Below are positions 26,032-35,470 of a stretch of 64,000 bases of DNA, one piece after another. The stretch lies in contig CAZHCA010000008.1 in the NCBI GenBank assembly GCA_964530825.1, forward strand, positions 27,229-91,228, written 5' to 3'. The notes beneath the pieces are model-generated. The model was not told the DNA's origin and made no database searches. It saw nothing but the letters and a program-made list of their open reading frames with translations. How positions within the stretch are numbered: the first letter of the stretch is position 1; each line of letters begins with the position of its first letter. The translations under genes and the position numbers were made by a program. Origin of the DNA: an uncultured Saprospiraceae bacterium (lineage in GTDB: Bacteria; Bacteroidota; Bacteroidia; Chitinophagales; Saprospiraceae).

Positions 26032-26185
26032 CAGGCCCTTTAGCGCTTTTACCCTGTGGAATGCCTCCGGCAAAATTTCGAAAGAAATTTTATTCCATAG
26101 GGTGAACCCTTTTTCTTCTTCTGCGAAGCGGAAAATTTTTGAAAAAATGAAGGTGTGTATCCCTCGACTAACAGATCTCTCACCT

Positions 26186-26809
26186 TTAATCCACATACAA
26201 CTCTCCCAGCGTAATCGTTCCGTAAGGCAAAGCCAGTTGATCGCTTTTGTCCGTATAGATGCCCTCCAGCCACAGGCCATCTTCCCGGCGGTGAAAATGG
26301 AAGACCTTGACGTTGTCCGTTTCCAGGTAGATGATGTGCTGCAGGCTGGGGATCTGCTTGTAGCAAGGCAGTTTCTCGCCAAAGTCCCTTATGCGGGTGC
26401 TGGGCGAGAGGACTTCGAAGAGCAACACAGGGGTGCGTTCCGCATCCATACCCGGTTGGAATTCGTAAGGGTCGAGGGGCAACTGCAGCACAGAACCATC
26501 GGGGATGAAGATGGCGTTGTCGCAGGCCGCTATGCAGATGGGTCGGTTGCTGGTTCCGAAGCGATAGGGCTTATTGCGAAACATCGTTTTCAATTGGAAT
26601 ATCATCTCGCTTACTAATTCAGAGTGGAGCGCATTTTCGTATCCCATAGTCGCAACGATTTCCCCGTTGGCGTACTCTGCCTTGTAGGCCGCATGTTGCA
26701 GCAACGCCCAGTACTGCGCTTCCGAGGCTTCGAAGCGCACGGGGGCTTCACGGGCGCCCAGCTCGAGGAGTTCCTGGTCGGTAGTAGGCAGCTTGGCTAT
26801 ATCGGGCAT
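26186..26809 (-). CDS. Uma2-family (DUF820) endonuclease
   Basis: ...YKAEYANGEIV...HSELVSEM...PDGSVL...PVLLFEVLSPST...KLPCYKQIPSLQHIIYLE... is the typical Uma2 PD-(D/E)xK layout. Confidence 0.75.
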   Translation of the reverse strand: MPDIAKLPTTDQELLELGAREAPVRFEASEAQYWALLQHAAYKAEYANGEIVATMGYENALHSELVSEMIFQLKTMFRNKPYRFGTSNRPICIAACDNAIFIPDGSVLQLPLDPYEFQPGMDAERTPVLLFEVLSPSTRIRDFGEKLPCYKQIPSLQHIIYLETDNVKVFHFHRREDGLWLEGIYTDKSDQLALPYGTITLGELYVD

Positions 26810-26967
26810 GATGGAATAGGATATTGAATTTACGCTAAAATATAGGCCTTTGAGGGTAAAAAAGCAATGCAGGCATCTTTCGTTTCGCCCCCACCGGCTT
26901 ACGGCAATAATGCATCCACCACTACAAAGTACCGCCCGGCGGTAAAGAGCAAGCCTATCCCCATAGT

Positions 26968-27321
26968 CTACCGCAGCAAAGTTAAATCGCCCTTTAAAAT
27001 CAGTCCGCTACTGACGTCCTTCCCGGCGACTACCGTGACCGGGTCGTATCTGGGGAGCGCCTGGCCATTGGCAGGTTGGAAACCCGCACATCGCAAAAGA
27101 TGGTTGTCTATCAGCAGGAGGGCGTACCGGTGCGGGGCGACTAACCGCTGTAACCCAATACTGCTTTTTCGATCGAACTCAACACCAAGGTATTTCTGGA
27201 GGAAAGGAATAAGGAAATCCGCATGATGATGGAGGAAGGTGCCTTCTTTAATGGGCAAGCGGGTCGCTATATCGACGGACGGCAAATCCGCTTGTTGTTG
27301 ATCCCGAGGTAGCCGGTGCAT
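26968..27321 (-). CDS. Hypothetical protein
   Basis: The only plausible-looking translation in this gap. Divergent from the MFS gene. No motif recognised. Confidence 0.3.
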   Translation of the reverse strand: MHRLPRDQQQADLPSVDIATRLPIKEGTFLHHHADFLIPFLQKYLGVEFDRKSSIGLQRLVAPHRYALLLIDNHLLRCAGFQPANGQALPRYDPVTVVAGKDVSSGLILKGDLTLLR

Positions 27322-27392
27322 TTGGGCAAGTGAAATTTGGCACTCCGGAACTCTATCTGCTCACCCGCGGTTATTGCTCGAAATCGCGCGTC

Positions 27393-28622
27393 ATGTTCCA
27401 ACTCTACCGCCGTTCGTTTGCCGGTCTATCCCGGGAAATCTGGCTTTTGTCGCTGGTTACTTTCATCAATCGCTCGGGTACGATGGTCATTCCGTTTATG
27501 ACGGTTTACCTGACGGCCGGGCTGGGTTTCACCGCCACCCGCGCAGGCCTGGTGATGAGCGCCTTTGGGTTGGGCTCCATCCTGGGCTCGATCCTGGGTG
27601 GGCGAGCCACTGATCGCTTTGGATTTTACCGGGTACAGTTCTGGACCCTGCTGCTGAGCGGGGCAATGTTTATGGCTCTTACACCGGTGCGCGGGTTTTG
27701 GCCTTTGTGCGGGGCGATCTTTATTCTCAGCACCATCGCCGAGGCGTTCCGCCCGGCGACCCACGTGGCCATCTCAGCCTACAGCAAACCGGAAAACCTG
27801 ACGCGTTCTTATTCCCTCTTGCGGCTGGCGATCAACTTGGGGTTCTCCTTCGGTCCGGCCGTAGGCGGCCTGTTGGCGCACCGCTACGGGTTCCACGCGC
27901 TCTTTTGGGTCGACGGGATCACCTGCATGGCGGCGGCCCTGCTGCTACAGGTGTGGCTGCCCGAGCGCAAACAGCGCAACTCCGAAGCGGCACCCGCAGC
28001 AGAATCGCAGCGTCCGGTCCGGTCGGCCTACCGCGACCCGTCCTTTCTGTGGTTTTTTGGATTTCGCATTTTGGCCGCCATGGCTTTCATTCAGTTGTTC
28101 TATGCCGTGCCCGTTTTTTACAAGGAGGGCTATTCAATGACCGAAGATCAAATCGGTTTTTTCCTGGGCGCTAACGGTCTGCTGATCGCGATCCTGGAGA
28201 TGCCCCTGGTGTACAAGGTGGAACAGGTAATACGCCCGCTGCGCTCGGTCAGCATCGGCATTTTCCTCATGGGGTTGTCTTATCTGGCCTTTAATGTATT
28301 CAGTCCGTGGTGGCTGGCCGCATCGCTGGCCGTGGTGCTGATCACGGTAGGGGAGATGATGGACTTGCCCTTCGCCAGCTCCTGGGCCGTTTCGCGCAGC
28401 GACCCGCATAACCGGGGCCAGTACATGGGCTTGTACACGCTCTCGTTTAGCATTGCACAGGTGGTGGGGCCCAGCATCGGATTGGGCATAGCTGAAAATT
28501 ACACTTTTGCAACGCTCTGGTATATCACTTTTACCTGGTGTATAGTGAGTATGCTCGGCCTCGGATGGTTGGACCGGCGTGAAGCGGCCCGGCCACAACC
28601 CGTGGCTGCCTCTGGGGTGTAA
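27393..28622 (+). CDS. MFS transporter
   Basis: About 12 hydrophobic segments and an MFS motif GRATDRFG. Start set at the ATG at 27393. Confidence 0.85.
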   Translation: MFQLYRRSFAGLSREIWLLSLVTFINRSGTMVIPFMTVYLTAGLGFTATRAGLVMSAFGLGSILGSILGGRATDRFGFYRVQFWTLLLSGAMFMALTPVRGFWPLCGAIFILSTIAEAFRPATHVAISAYSKPENLTRSYSLLRLAINLGFSFGPAVGGLLAHRYGFHALFWVDGITCMAAALLLQVWLPERKQRNSEAAPAAESQRPVRSAYRDPSFLWFFGFRILAAMAFIQLFYAVPVFYKEGYSMTEDQIGFFLGANGLLIAILEMPLVYKVEQVIRPLRSVSIGIFLMGLSYLAFNVFSPWWLAASLAVVLITVGEMMDLPFASSWAVSRSDPHNRGQYMGLYTLSFSIAQVVGPSIGLGIAENYTFATLWYITFTWCIVSMLGLGWLDRREAARPQPVAASGV

Positions 28623-28737
28623 AAGGACGAAGAGCGGATTAGCAGACGAGCTGGTTTGCGAATCCGCCCACAGCCTGGTGAACATCAACCCTGGGGTGGT
28701 GTTCGTAAGGATAATAATCATCAAATTCAAAAATCTT

Positions 28738-28944
28738 ATGGCTAACGAAACCCAAAATTGGCCTGACTTGGCGATTGGTCTGTACGACAAGTTAACCGGT
28801 CGCAATGCAGAGATCACCTACGAATTCGAAAATTTCGAACTCTATGTTCCCAGTGGTACTTCTGACAATGCGAGCCACGCACAGTGGAAAATGAATGGTA
28901 CCCTGAAAATCCGCACAAAAGACAATGCCAACAGCCAATCCTAA
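28738..28944 (+). CDS. Small hypothetical protein
   Basis: 68-codon ORF from the ATG at 28738. Clean, protein-like composition. Confidence 0.5.
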   Translation: MANETQNWPDLAIGLYDKLTGRNAEITYEFENFELYVPSGTSDNASHAQWKMNGTLKIRTKDNANSQS

Positions 28945-28986
28945 AAGCAATGCCATCTACCACCAGTAGGTGGCAAACTTTTTTCT

Positions 28987-29310
28987 ATGCAACAAGCTAT
29001 CAAAACCATGATGCAGGGTATTGAATTTGGCGGTTCGGTAACGATGGATTCCTCGTCCGGCAAAGTTCACCTGCGATCCGAAGAGGCTTCCAATCAGTTC
29101 TTGATCGACATTGAGAATGAAGAGACTCTGCAGTTTCTACTACACACCTTGCGCCAAGCCGGCTTTTCCCGCTGGAAATTATTTGGTATACTGCGCAAAT
29201 ACCGCCAACCCTTTCGCGTGCGCGTCGGTGATCAACCGGTGATTGCGCGGGAGCCGAATGGAAAATTGAACATCAACTACCGCAACGCCCTGCAGATCTT
29301 ACTCCGCTAA
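28987..29310 (+). CDS. Hypothetical protein
   Basis: 107-aa ORF, co-directional with the preceding small ORF. Confidence 0.5.
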   Translation: MQQAIKTMMQGIEFGGSVTMDSSSGKVHLRSEEASNQFLIDIENEETLQFLLHTLRQAGFSRWKLFGILRKYRQPFRVRVGDQPVIAREPNGKLNINYRNALQILLR

Positions 29311-29347
29311 GCGAACGAAGATCCTTATTTTTGCCGCAAAAGTACGG

Positions 29348-30310
29348 ATGATCGGCACCGACATAGCAGAGGCCGTCCGTCTTTTACGGGCTGGACAACT
29401 GGTAGCCATTCCAACGGAAACGGTTTACGGATTGGCTGGTAATACGCTGGATGAAAAAGCAGTAAGTCATATTTTTGCCGTCAAAAACCGACCCAGGTTC
29501 GATCCGGTCATCATTCACTTACCAGTCGTTGAGCATATTTTTACCTACGTTACGGCGTTTCCCGAACCGCTCCGCAAGCTGGCCGGTCACTTTATGCCGG
29601 GCCCGCTTACGCTTCTGCTTCCCCGCAAAGCCATCATCCCCGATCTGGTTACGGCGGGCGCTTCGCTGGTGGCAGTGCGCATTCCCCGCCATCCGCTGAC
29701 CCAACAACTATTGCAGGAAATCGATTTTCCGCTGGCAGCACCCAGCGCCAATCCCTTCGGGTACATTAGTCCGACCCGGGCCGAACACGTGGACCGGCAA
29801 CTTGGCGACCAGGTGCCCTACATTCTGGACGGCGGGCCCTGTGCAGTCGGGTTAGAAAGTACGATTGTCGGTATGGAAAACGGCGTTCCAACGGTTTTTC
29901 GTAAGGGTGGAGTGGCGGTAGAAGCGCTGGAGGCCATAGCAGGTCCGATACAAGTCAAAGCGCAATCGACATCCAACCCCCGGGCCCCCGGCATGCTACA
30001 AAGCCATTATGCCCCGCGGGTACCCCTGGTCATGGGTGCCTTGGAGACACTCCTGCCCAGGTATGCGGGCCGGCGAATAGGGCTGTTGCGTTTCCAGGCA
30101 GGCCCCGCCTTGGCTAAAGCGGAAAAAGAACTGGTACTTAGTCCCGGGGGTAACCTGGAGGAGGCCGCACGCCGTCTTTTTGCTCACTTGCGGGAACTCG
30201 ATGAGTTGTCCTTGGATATTATTTTGGCCGAACCTGCGCCAGAGACCGGGCTGGGGCGCGCCATCAACGACCGGTTGCGGCGTGCTTCGGCCGCAACCCC
30301 GTCGATTTAA
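29348..30310 (+). CDS. tsaC: L-threonylcarbamoyladenylate synthase (Sua5/YwlC type: YrdC + Sua5 C-terminal domain)
   Basis: IPTETVYGLAGN, KNRP, AAPSANPFG. Confidence 0.9.
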   Translation: MIGTDIAEAVRLLRAGQLVAIPTETVYGLAGNTLDEKAVSHIFAVKNRPRFDPVIIHLPVVEHIFTYVTAFPEPLRKLAGHFMPGPLTLLLPRKAIIPDLVTAGASLVAVRIPRHPLTQQLLQEIDFPLAAPSANPFGYISPTRAEHVDRQLGDQVPYILDGGPCAVGLESTIVGMENGVPTVFRKGGVAVEALEAIAGPIQVKAQSTSNPRAPGMLQSHYAPRVPLVMGALETLLPRYAGRRIGLLRFQAGPALAKAEKELVLSPGGNLEEAARRLFAHLRELDELSLDIILAEPAPETGLGRAINDRLRRASAATPSI

Positions 30311-30380
30311 CACCTTTGGCAACAACATTAAAATTTATAAAGCAGTTAGTAAGGTAGTTTTCATCAATTCAAAAAACAAT

Positions 30381-30920
30381 ATGCAAATCAAGAAAAGCTT
30401 ACTGCCCTTGCTGTTCCTTTTGGCTGGTTTGGGGCTCACCATTGACCTTTCCGCTCAGGACGATCCTTCGAAGCGTAAGAGTCCACTCAAGACTGCCGAA
30501 GCTACTACCACCGACGGCGTAACCATCACGATCAACTACGGAGCACCCTCCGTGCGCGGTCGCAAAGTTTTCGGAGGTCTGGAAGAATTCGGCAAAGTCT
30601 GGCGCACCGGAGCTAACGAGGCTACTACCCTTGAAATCGACAAAGATGTCACCGTCAATGGCGAAGCATTGTCGGCCGGCAAGTACGCCCTATTTACCAT
30701 TCCGCGCGATGACAAAGACTGGACCGTCATCTTCAATGAAGAAGCGGAGCAGTGGGGCGCTTACAATTACAAGGAGTCAAAAGACGCGCTGCGCGTCATG
30801 GCTACCCCCAAGATGATGGATGAAAACCAAGAACAGATGGTATTCGAAATCGCTCAAGACGGTACGGTCACGTTGAAGTGGGCGAAAACCGCCGTGCCTT
30901 TCACCGTGAAGGCTCAATAA
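30381..30920 (+). CDS. DUF2911-domain secreted protein
   Basis: Signal peptide. ITINYGAPSVRGRKVFGGL...WRTGANEAT...GKYALFTIP...WTVIFN. Confidence 0.8.
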   Translation: MQIKKSLLPLLFLLAGLGLTIDLSAQDDPSKRKSPLKTAEATTTDGVTITINYGAPSVRGRKVFGGLEEFGKVWRTGANEATTLEIDKDVTVNGEALSAGKYALFTIPRDDKDWTVIFNEEAEQWGAYNYKESKDALRVMATPKMMDENQEQMVFEIAQDGTVTLKWAKTAVPFTVKAQ

Positions 30921-30944
30921 GCTATCCCACATTCACCATACTTG

Positions 30945-30977
30945 CGCTTTCTCCTTTTTTGGGAGAAAGCGTTTTTT
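30945..30977 (+). terminator. Intrinsic terminator
   Basis: CGCTTTCTCC-TTTTTTG-GGAGAAAGCG followed by TTTTTT. Confidence 0.75.
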
Positions 30978-31096
30978 ATTTTTGAAAGGCATGAACTATC
31001 GGTTCAGCCCTTCGGATGCTAGTAAAAAATCCTACTTTTACTTTAACCAATACGGGCAATCGCCCTTTCATAAAATCGGAAAAAAGCGAATACAGT

Positions 31097-31501
31097 ATGA
31101 GATTATATCATTGGCGATGGACGAGGGTAGGGCTTTGGACAATCTTGCTGGGCAGCTTAGTGGCCTGTACGCCGGATCCCAGTCCGGAGCAGGAGATGAT
31201 CGTAGGCCGTTGGGACCTGAGAGAAGCTACTCGAAACGGGAAGCCCACTACGTCACTCGACGAGCTCTACTTCGAGTTTTACGCCGATGGGACCATCAGG
31301 ACCAACTTCTCGGGCGCCACCGAATCGGCCCAATACCGGCTGGAAGAAAACCGCATCATTCAGCGGGAAAGCAGCCTGGATACCGAATACGAAATCGAAT
31401 CGATCAATGATAGCCTCATGGTTATGACCACCGCTCTGGAGCGCAACGACATCAATTACAAATTCCGATTTATTCTGGGCCGTACCGTGCAAGAAGAGTA
31501 G
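31097..31501 (+). CDS. Lipoprotein with lipocalin-like domain
   Basis: Lipobox LLGSLVAC. IVGRWDLREATRNGKP... resembles small lipocalin-like beta-barrels. Confidence 0.6.
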   Translation: MRLYHWRWTRVGLWTILLGSLVACTPDPSPEQEMIVGRWDLREATRNGKPTTSLDELYFEFYADGTIRTNFSGATESAQYRLEENRIIQRESSLDTEYEIESINDSLMVMTTALERNDINYKFRFILGRTVQEE

Positions 31502-31569
31502 TTGGGGTACTTGGACGGTTGCGCCTTTTCCCGTAAATTTAAAAGGAAGGTTGAATTAAATATTTGGTT

Positions 31570-33027
31570 ATGAGATACTTGTTGGGCTGCGTTTTTGTGC
31601 TTATAGCCACGCTGCCGCGGGCCGGTGCGATTGATGCAAGTGTCGTAACCGCATCTTTCTGGAGTGCGGAGACGCCTTACGTTGAGGTCTACCTTCACAT
31701 TACCGGATCGACCGTACAATTTGAGCCCGCTACCGATTCTACCTTGCAAGCCCGGGTTGAGGTGCTTTTGTTGCTGCGCCGGGGAGATACCGTCGCTCGT
31801 TACGATAAATTTTTACTGACTAGCCCGCTCACTGCCGAGCCCATCGATTTTATCGACATCAAGCGCTACGGTGTGCCTTCCGGGGCTTACGACCTGGAGG
31901 TTCGATTCACCGATCTAGGTGATACGGCCCGTGCGGTCGATACCTACCAGCGCAAAGTGGTTATTCCTTCTGACAAGGGCGAGGTAATGCAATCCGACGT
32001 CCTTCTGCTAAGCCGCTGTGTAAAGGCCAAGCAGGAAGGTAACCCGTTCAACCGCTCAGGGGTGTACATGGAGCCGCTGGCTTATCGTTTTTATCACAAA
32101 AACCTCAGTACGCTCTATTTTTACCAGGAAATCTATCATACCGATACCGTCCTGAGCGAAGATTTTCTCATCACCTATAAAATTGAGCGCGACGGGGCGC
32201 AGGATGGGACCGAGAAAGAGTTGATTATCGGGCATAAGCGGCGCTCGCCGGCGCCGGTAGTGCCACTGCTTATTTCGCAAGATATATCGGAACTCTCCTC
32301 GGGCAATTACCTGCTCACGGTGGAAGTGCGCAGCCGCGACAATCAGCTGCTGGCCCGTAAGCAAACCAATTTTCAGCGCTCCAATCCCTACCTGGACCTG
32401 GAGGAAAACCTGGCGCAAGAAGAAGATGTGAATGCGTCGTTTGCGGCCATGCTCGACTCGGCCGACTTGGACTATATCCTGCGGGCGCTCACGCCCCTTT
32501 TGCCGCAGGCCGACGTCGACTACGTCAATACAGCCCTTAAAGAACACAACTACATGGCGCAGCGGCTCTATCTGTTCAGCTTTTGGGCAAAAGAGTCGCC
32601 GAACGATCCGGCCGGTGCCTACAATAAGTTTTTGAACGTAGCCCGTGCAGTGGACCGAGAATTTAAATCGGGTTTCCGGTACGGTTTTGAAACCGATCGC
32701 GGCTATACCTACCTGAAATACGGTCCGCCCGATGATCTTTTCCACCAAGAGGAAGAGCCCTCGGCTCCGCCCTACGAGATTTGGACTTACTACGACTTTC
32801 CAAAAACAGGGCAGACCAATGTGAAATTCATCTTTTACAATCCGAGTCTGGCACCCGGATCGTTTGATTTGCTGCACTCCACCGCCATTGGGGAGCGGAA
32901 CAATCCGCAGTGGCAAATTATGTTGTACAAAAACTCGCCCAACGAGTTCAACGGCACCTCCATCGATGCCAATAGCCTGGACGATAACTTCAATCGCAAT
33001 GCCGCTCGCATTTTCAACGACAATTGA
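31570..33027 (+). CDS. GWxTD-domain protein
   Basis: GFETDRGYTYLKYGPPDDL...PPYEIWTYY. Confidence 0.85.
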   Translation: MRYLLGCVFVLIATLPRAGAIDASVVTASFWSAETPYVEVYLHITGSTVQFEPATDSTLQARVEVLLLLRRGDTVARYDKFLLTSPLTAEPIDFIDIKRYGVPSGAYDLEVRFTDLGDTARAVDTYQRKVVIPSDKGEVMQSDVLLLSRCVKAKQEGNPFNRSGVYMEPLAYRFYHKNLSTLYFYQEIYHTDTVLSEDFLITYKIERDGAQDGTEKELIIGHKRRSPAPVVPLLISQDISELSSGNYLLTVEVRSRDNQLLARKQTNFQRSNPYLDLEENLAQEEDVNASFAAMLDSADLDYILRALTPLLPQADVDYVNTALKEHNYMAQRLYLFSFWAKESPNDPAGAYNKFLNVARAVDREFKSGFRYGFETDRGYTYLKYGPPDDLFHQEEEPSAPPYEIWTYYDFPKTGQTNVKFIFYNPSLAPGSFDLLHSTAIGERNNPQWQIMLYKNSPNEFNGTSIDANSLDDNFNRNAARIFNDN

Positions 33028-33066
33028 CCGGGTCGCCGGCAAGAGCCCATTCCAAAACCTTACCGC

Positions 33067-33345
33067 ATGGAAAATGTATCGCCAAGGGTAATTCTTTTGG
33101 TTCAGATTGCCTTGTATTTGCTGCTTTGGCTGCTCAACGATTATCTGGCCACTATGCTGAGTTTGATCTTTGGGAGTATTGCCCTGATGGTGTTGTTGAT
33201 CGCTTTGATCGTAGAGTGGATCGAGCGCTCTAAAGTTTCGCGCTGGTTTTTTTGGGTGATGGGCTTTTCTGTAGTGGCGCCGCTAGTGGTAGCCTTGCTG
33301 TTTGGGTTCATCAACGGCGGTATCGAATGGCTGGCGGAACGGTAG
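33067..33345 (+). CDS. Small integral membrane protein
   Basis: Three hydrophobic helices. Confidence 0.6.
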   Translation: MENVSPRVILLVQIALYLLLWLLNDYLATMLSLIFGSIALMVLLIALIVEWIERSKVSRWFFWVMGFSVVAPLVVALLFGFINGGIEWLAER

Positions 33346-33351
33346 TTGCCC

Positions 33352-35394
33352 TTAGCGATAAAAGTCAATCACCCAACGTTGGGTATTCCCGTAATAATCC
33401 GGCATAGCGAAAGATAAGCGCATACTGTTGTTGTCCAGGCGCTCGATGGTGCCGTTGTTGTCGTAGTTGCCCGAGCGCAAGGTAATGGCATTGCCGCTCA
33501 CAAAGTACTGATAGGTTTGCCGAGTGCCGAAGTTATCGGTGTAATACAAGTAGCCATTGTTGTTGAACTGCCAAGTCATATTGGCCGAAAACATCGTCTG
33601 CTCTCCCCCCAGTTGCGACATGGATACGCCGTTCATAGAAAAGTCGCGCACCCGCCAGGTGCCGGCAATTTTTGGGGTATTACTCGGAGCAGTGGGGGAA
33701 GGTTGTTCATAAACATTTGCCGAAGAAGCCGGCGGATCGGGGAAGGTGGCATCCATATTAGCGATCACGGCAACAACGCCCAGACCTACCGCTGCCACCA
33801 ATGCAATGATCAAAAAGGCTCGGATACCGAAAGAACTCCGCCGTTTTTTCTTCTTGGCGCTGGTGGTGGGTTGAGGATCCCGGGCGATCTTTGGTTTCTT
33901 CGTTTTGGGGAGGTTGGGCATCTTTTCCATCTTGGCCTCCATATCCGGTGGCAGGGGCGGGGGCGAACCCATCTGGGAAAAGTCGACGTAGTTGGGGGTC
34001 GATTTATGCTTGAGGCGCATCCGGCACTCCTTTATGAGCTCGTCCATCTTTGGGTTGTGATCGATCTTGCGCGCCTCATTGAAATATTCAAGTGCAAGCC
34101 GGTAATTGCCCGAGTCCATTGCTTTTACACCTTCATTATAATATTTGAGGAAGGTAATGCCATTGCTGCAAAAATTGATTTTTTCCTGCACGTAGTCGGG
34201 CTTGGGCGCGAAAGGCTCCATGTAGTACTCCAGGCTCTCGCGGTACTTATTACGCGCCTCCAGTAATTTGCCGCCATTGAAAAGGCGGTCGGCCTCGCCG
34301 ATGAACTCTAAGTATGTTTTCTTGATACTTTCCCGCTGCTCGGCCTCCTGGGCCATTCTGAGTAACTCTTGGCGGCGGCCTGCTGCCTGCTGCTGTATTT
34401 CCGTCAGCCGCTGTTTAGCCTCTTCGACATATTTTCCGGTCATGATGTACTTCTGCAGGTAGTTCTCATAGGCCATGGCGTTGTTTTTGACCTTGGCGCT
34501 TTCCCACATATCATCCTCCTGCAGCTCCAGAATCCGGCGGTTGGCAATTTCGGCGAATTGTCCTTCGGGGTAATAGTCGAGGTAGTTTTCGTACGCATTG
34601 AGGGTATCTATCTTGGAGATGTTTTCCCAAAATTCCCTCTCAGAAAGTTTGAGGTGAAAAACAAACTCACCGCCCTCGTCGGCCGAATTTTGTATCCTGC
34701 CTTCCACTGGGGTCTGGCGGGCTTTACCGTAGAGGTAATCTTTCACGTATTGGATCAGGGAGGTCGTATTGACCGATTTGTTGACGTTGCGTTTAAGGTA
34801 GGTCAGGATGCCGGCCGCGAACGGGCTGTTTTCACCCGGCTGTCCGTCGGCCACCGTCTCAGTGCGCCCCGAGGCGATAATCCGGCGGGAGCGGAAGCGC
34901 TCGTCTACGATGGTGCTGCGCTTTTTCACTACCAGTGTGCCTGAGAAGCAGGAGTCGACGACGACCAGGGTGTGGTGGGTGTCGATGGCATTCACCTTCT
35001 TGATGATATTGGAGTTGGAAATGAACCGATCCTCGACGTCGCGGCGGGCATCAACGGGCACCCAGTATCCTTCATCGAATTCTTCGTCGTAGTGGCCGTG
35101 TCCGGAGTAGTAGATGATCAGGTTGTCATGGGGTGTGATTTTGCGCTTCAGCTCCCGCAGCTTTTCGTAAATTTTGCCTTCCGTGGCATCTTCGTCGAGC
35201 AACAGGATCACCTCATCTTTTTCAAACTGGTACTGGCGCGTAAGCACCTCGGCCAAGTCTTTGATATCTTTGACGGCGTTGTGCAACGGGTCCCAGTGCT
35301 GGTAGTGATCGACGCCGATCGCCAGTAGGTAGTTCTTTCCTTTGGGTGCGGAAGTGGTGTCTTGCGGATTCGGCAATTGCACGCCTCTTTCCAT
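33352..35394 (-). CDS. Caspase-family (peptidase C14) protein with helical-repeat region, one TM helix and a C-terminal lipocalin-like domain
   Basis: His/Cys dyad IIYYSGHGH and LVVVDSCFSG. TM FLIIALVAAVGLGVVAVIA. C-terminus IAGTWRVRDFSMNG.... Start set at the ATG at 35394; the ORF is open to 35463. Confidence 0.8.
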   Translation of the reverse strand: MERGVQLPNPQDTTSAPKGKNYLLAIGVDHYQHWDPLHNAVKDIKDLAEVLTRQYQFEKDEVILLLDEDATEGKIYEKLRELKRKITPHDNLIIYYSGHGHYDEEFDEGYWVPVDARRDVEDRFISNSNIIKKVNAIDTHHTLVVVDSCFSGTLVVKKRSTIVDERFRSRRIIASGRTETVADGQPGENSPFAAGILTYLKRNVNKSVNTTSLIQYVKDYLYGKARQTPVEGRIQNSADEGGEFVFHLKLSEREFWENISKIDTLNAYENYLDYYPEGQFAEIANRRILELQEDDMWESAKVKNNAMAYENYLQKYIMTGKYVEEAKQRLTEIQQQAAGRRQELLRMAQEAEQRESIKKTYLEFIGEADRLFNGGKLLEARNKYRESLEYYMEPFAPKPDYVQEKINFCSNGITFLKYYNEGVKAMDSGNYRLALEYFNEARKIDHNPKMDELIKECRMRLKHKSTPNYVDFSQMGSPPPLPPDMEAKMEKMPNLPKTKKPKIARDPQPTTSAKKKKRRSSFGIRAFLIIALVAAVGLGVVAVIANMDATFPDPPASSANVYEQPSPTAPSNTPKIAGTWRVRDFSMNGVSMSQLGGEQTMFSANMTWQFNNNGYLYYTDNFGTRQTYQYFVSGNAITLRSGNYDNNGTIERLDNNSMRLSFAMPDYYGNTQRWVIDFYR

Positions 35395-35470
35395 GAGGTT
35401 GGTTTTTGTAGCCTTCCTCAAGGTAAGCATTTTTGTACAGCGGGTAAACCCCGCCCGGGCCAAGATTCCA

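Noticed and set aside
32056-33042. 328-aa minus-strand ORF opposite the GWxTD gene. Similar antisense ORFs occur at 44095-45063, 40221-41066, 28134-28817, 14643-15335 and 33517-34266
   Set aside because: Each lies fully inside a motif-bearing gene on the other strand and has a junk-like composition. Treated as shadow ORFs.
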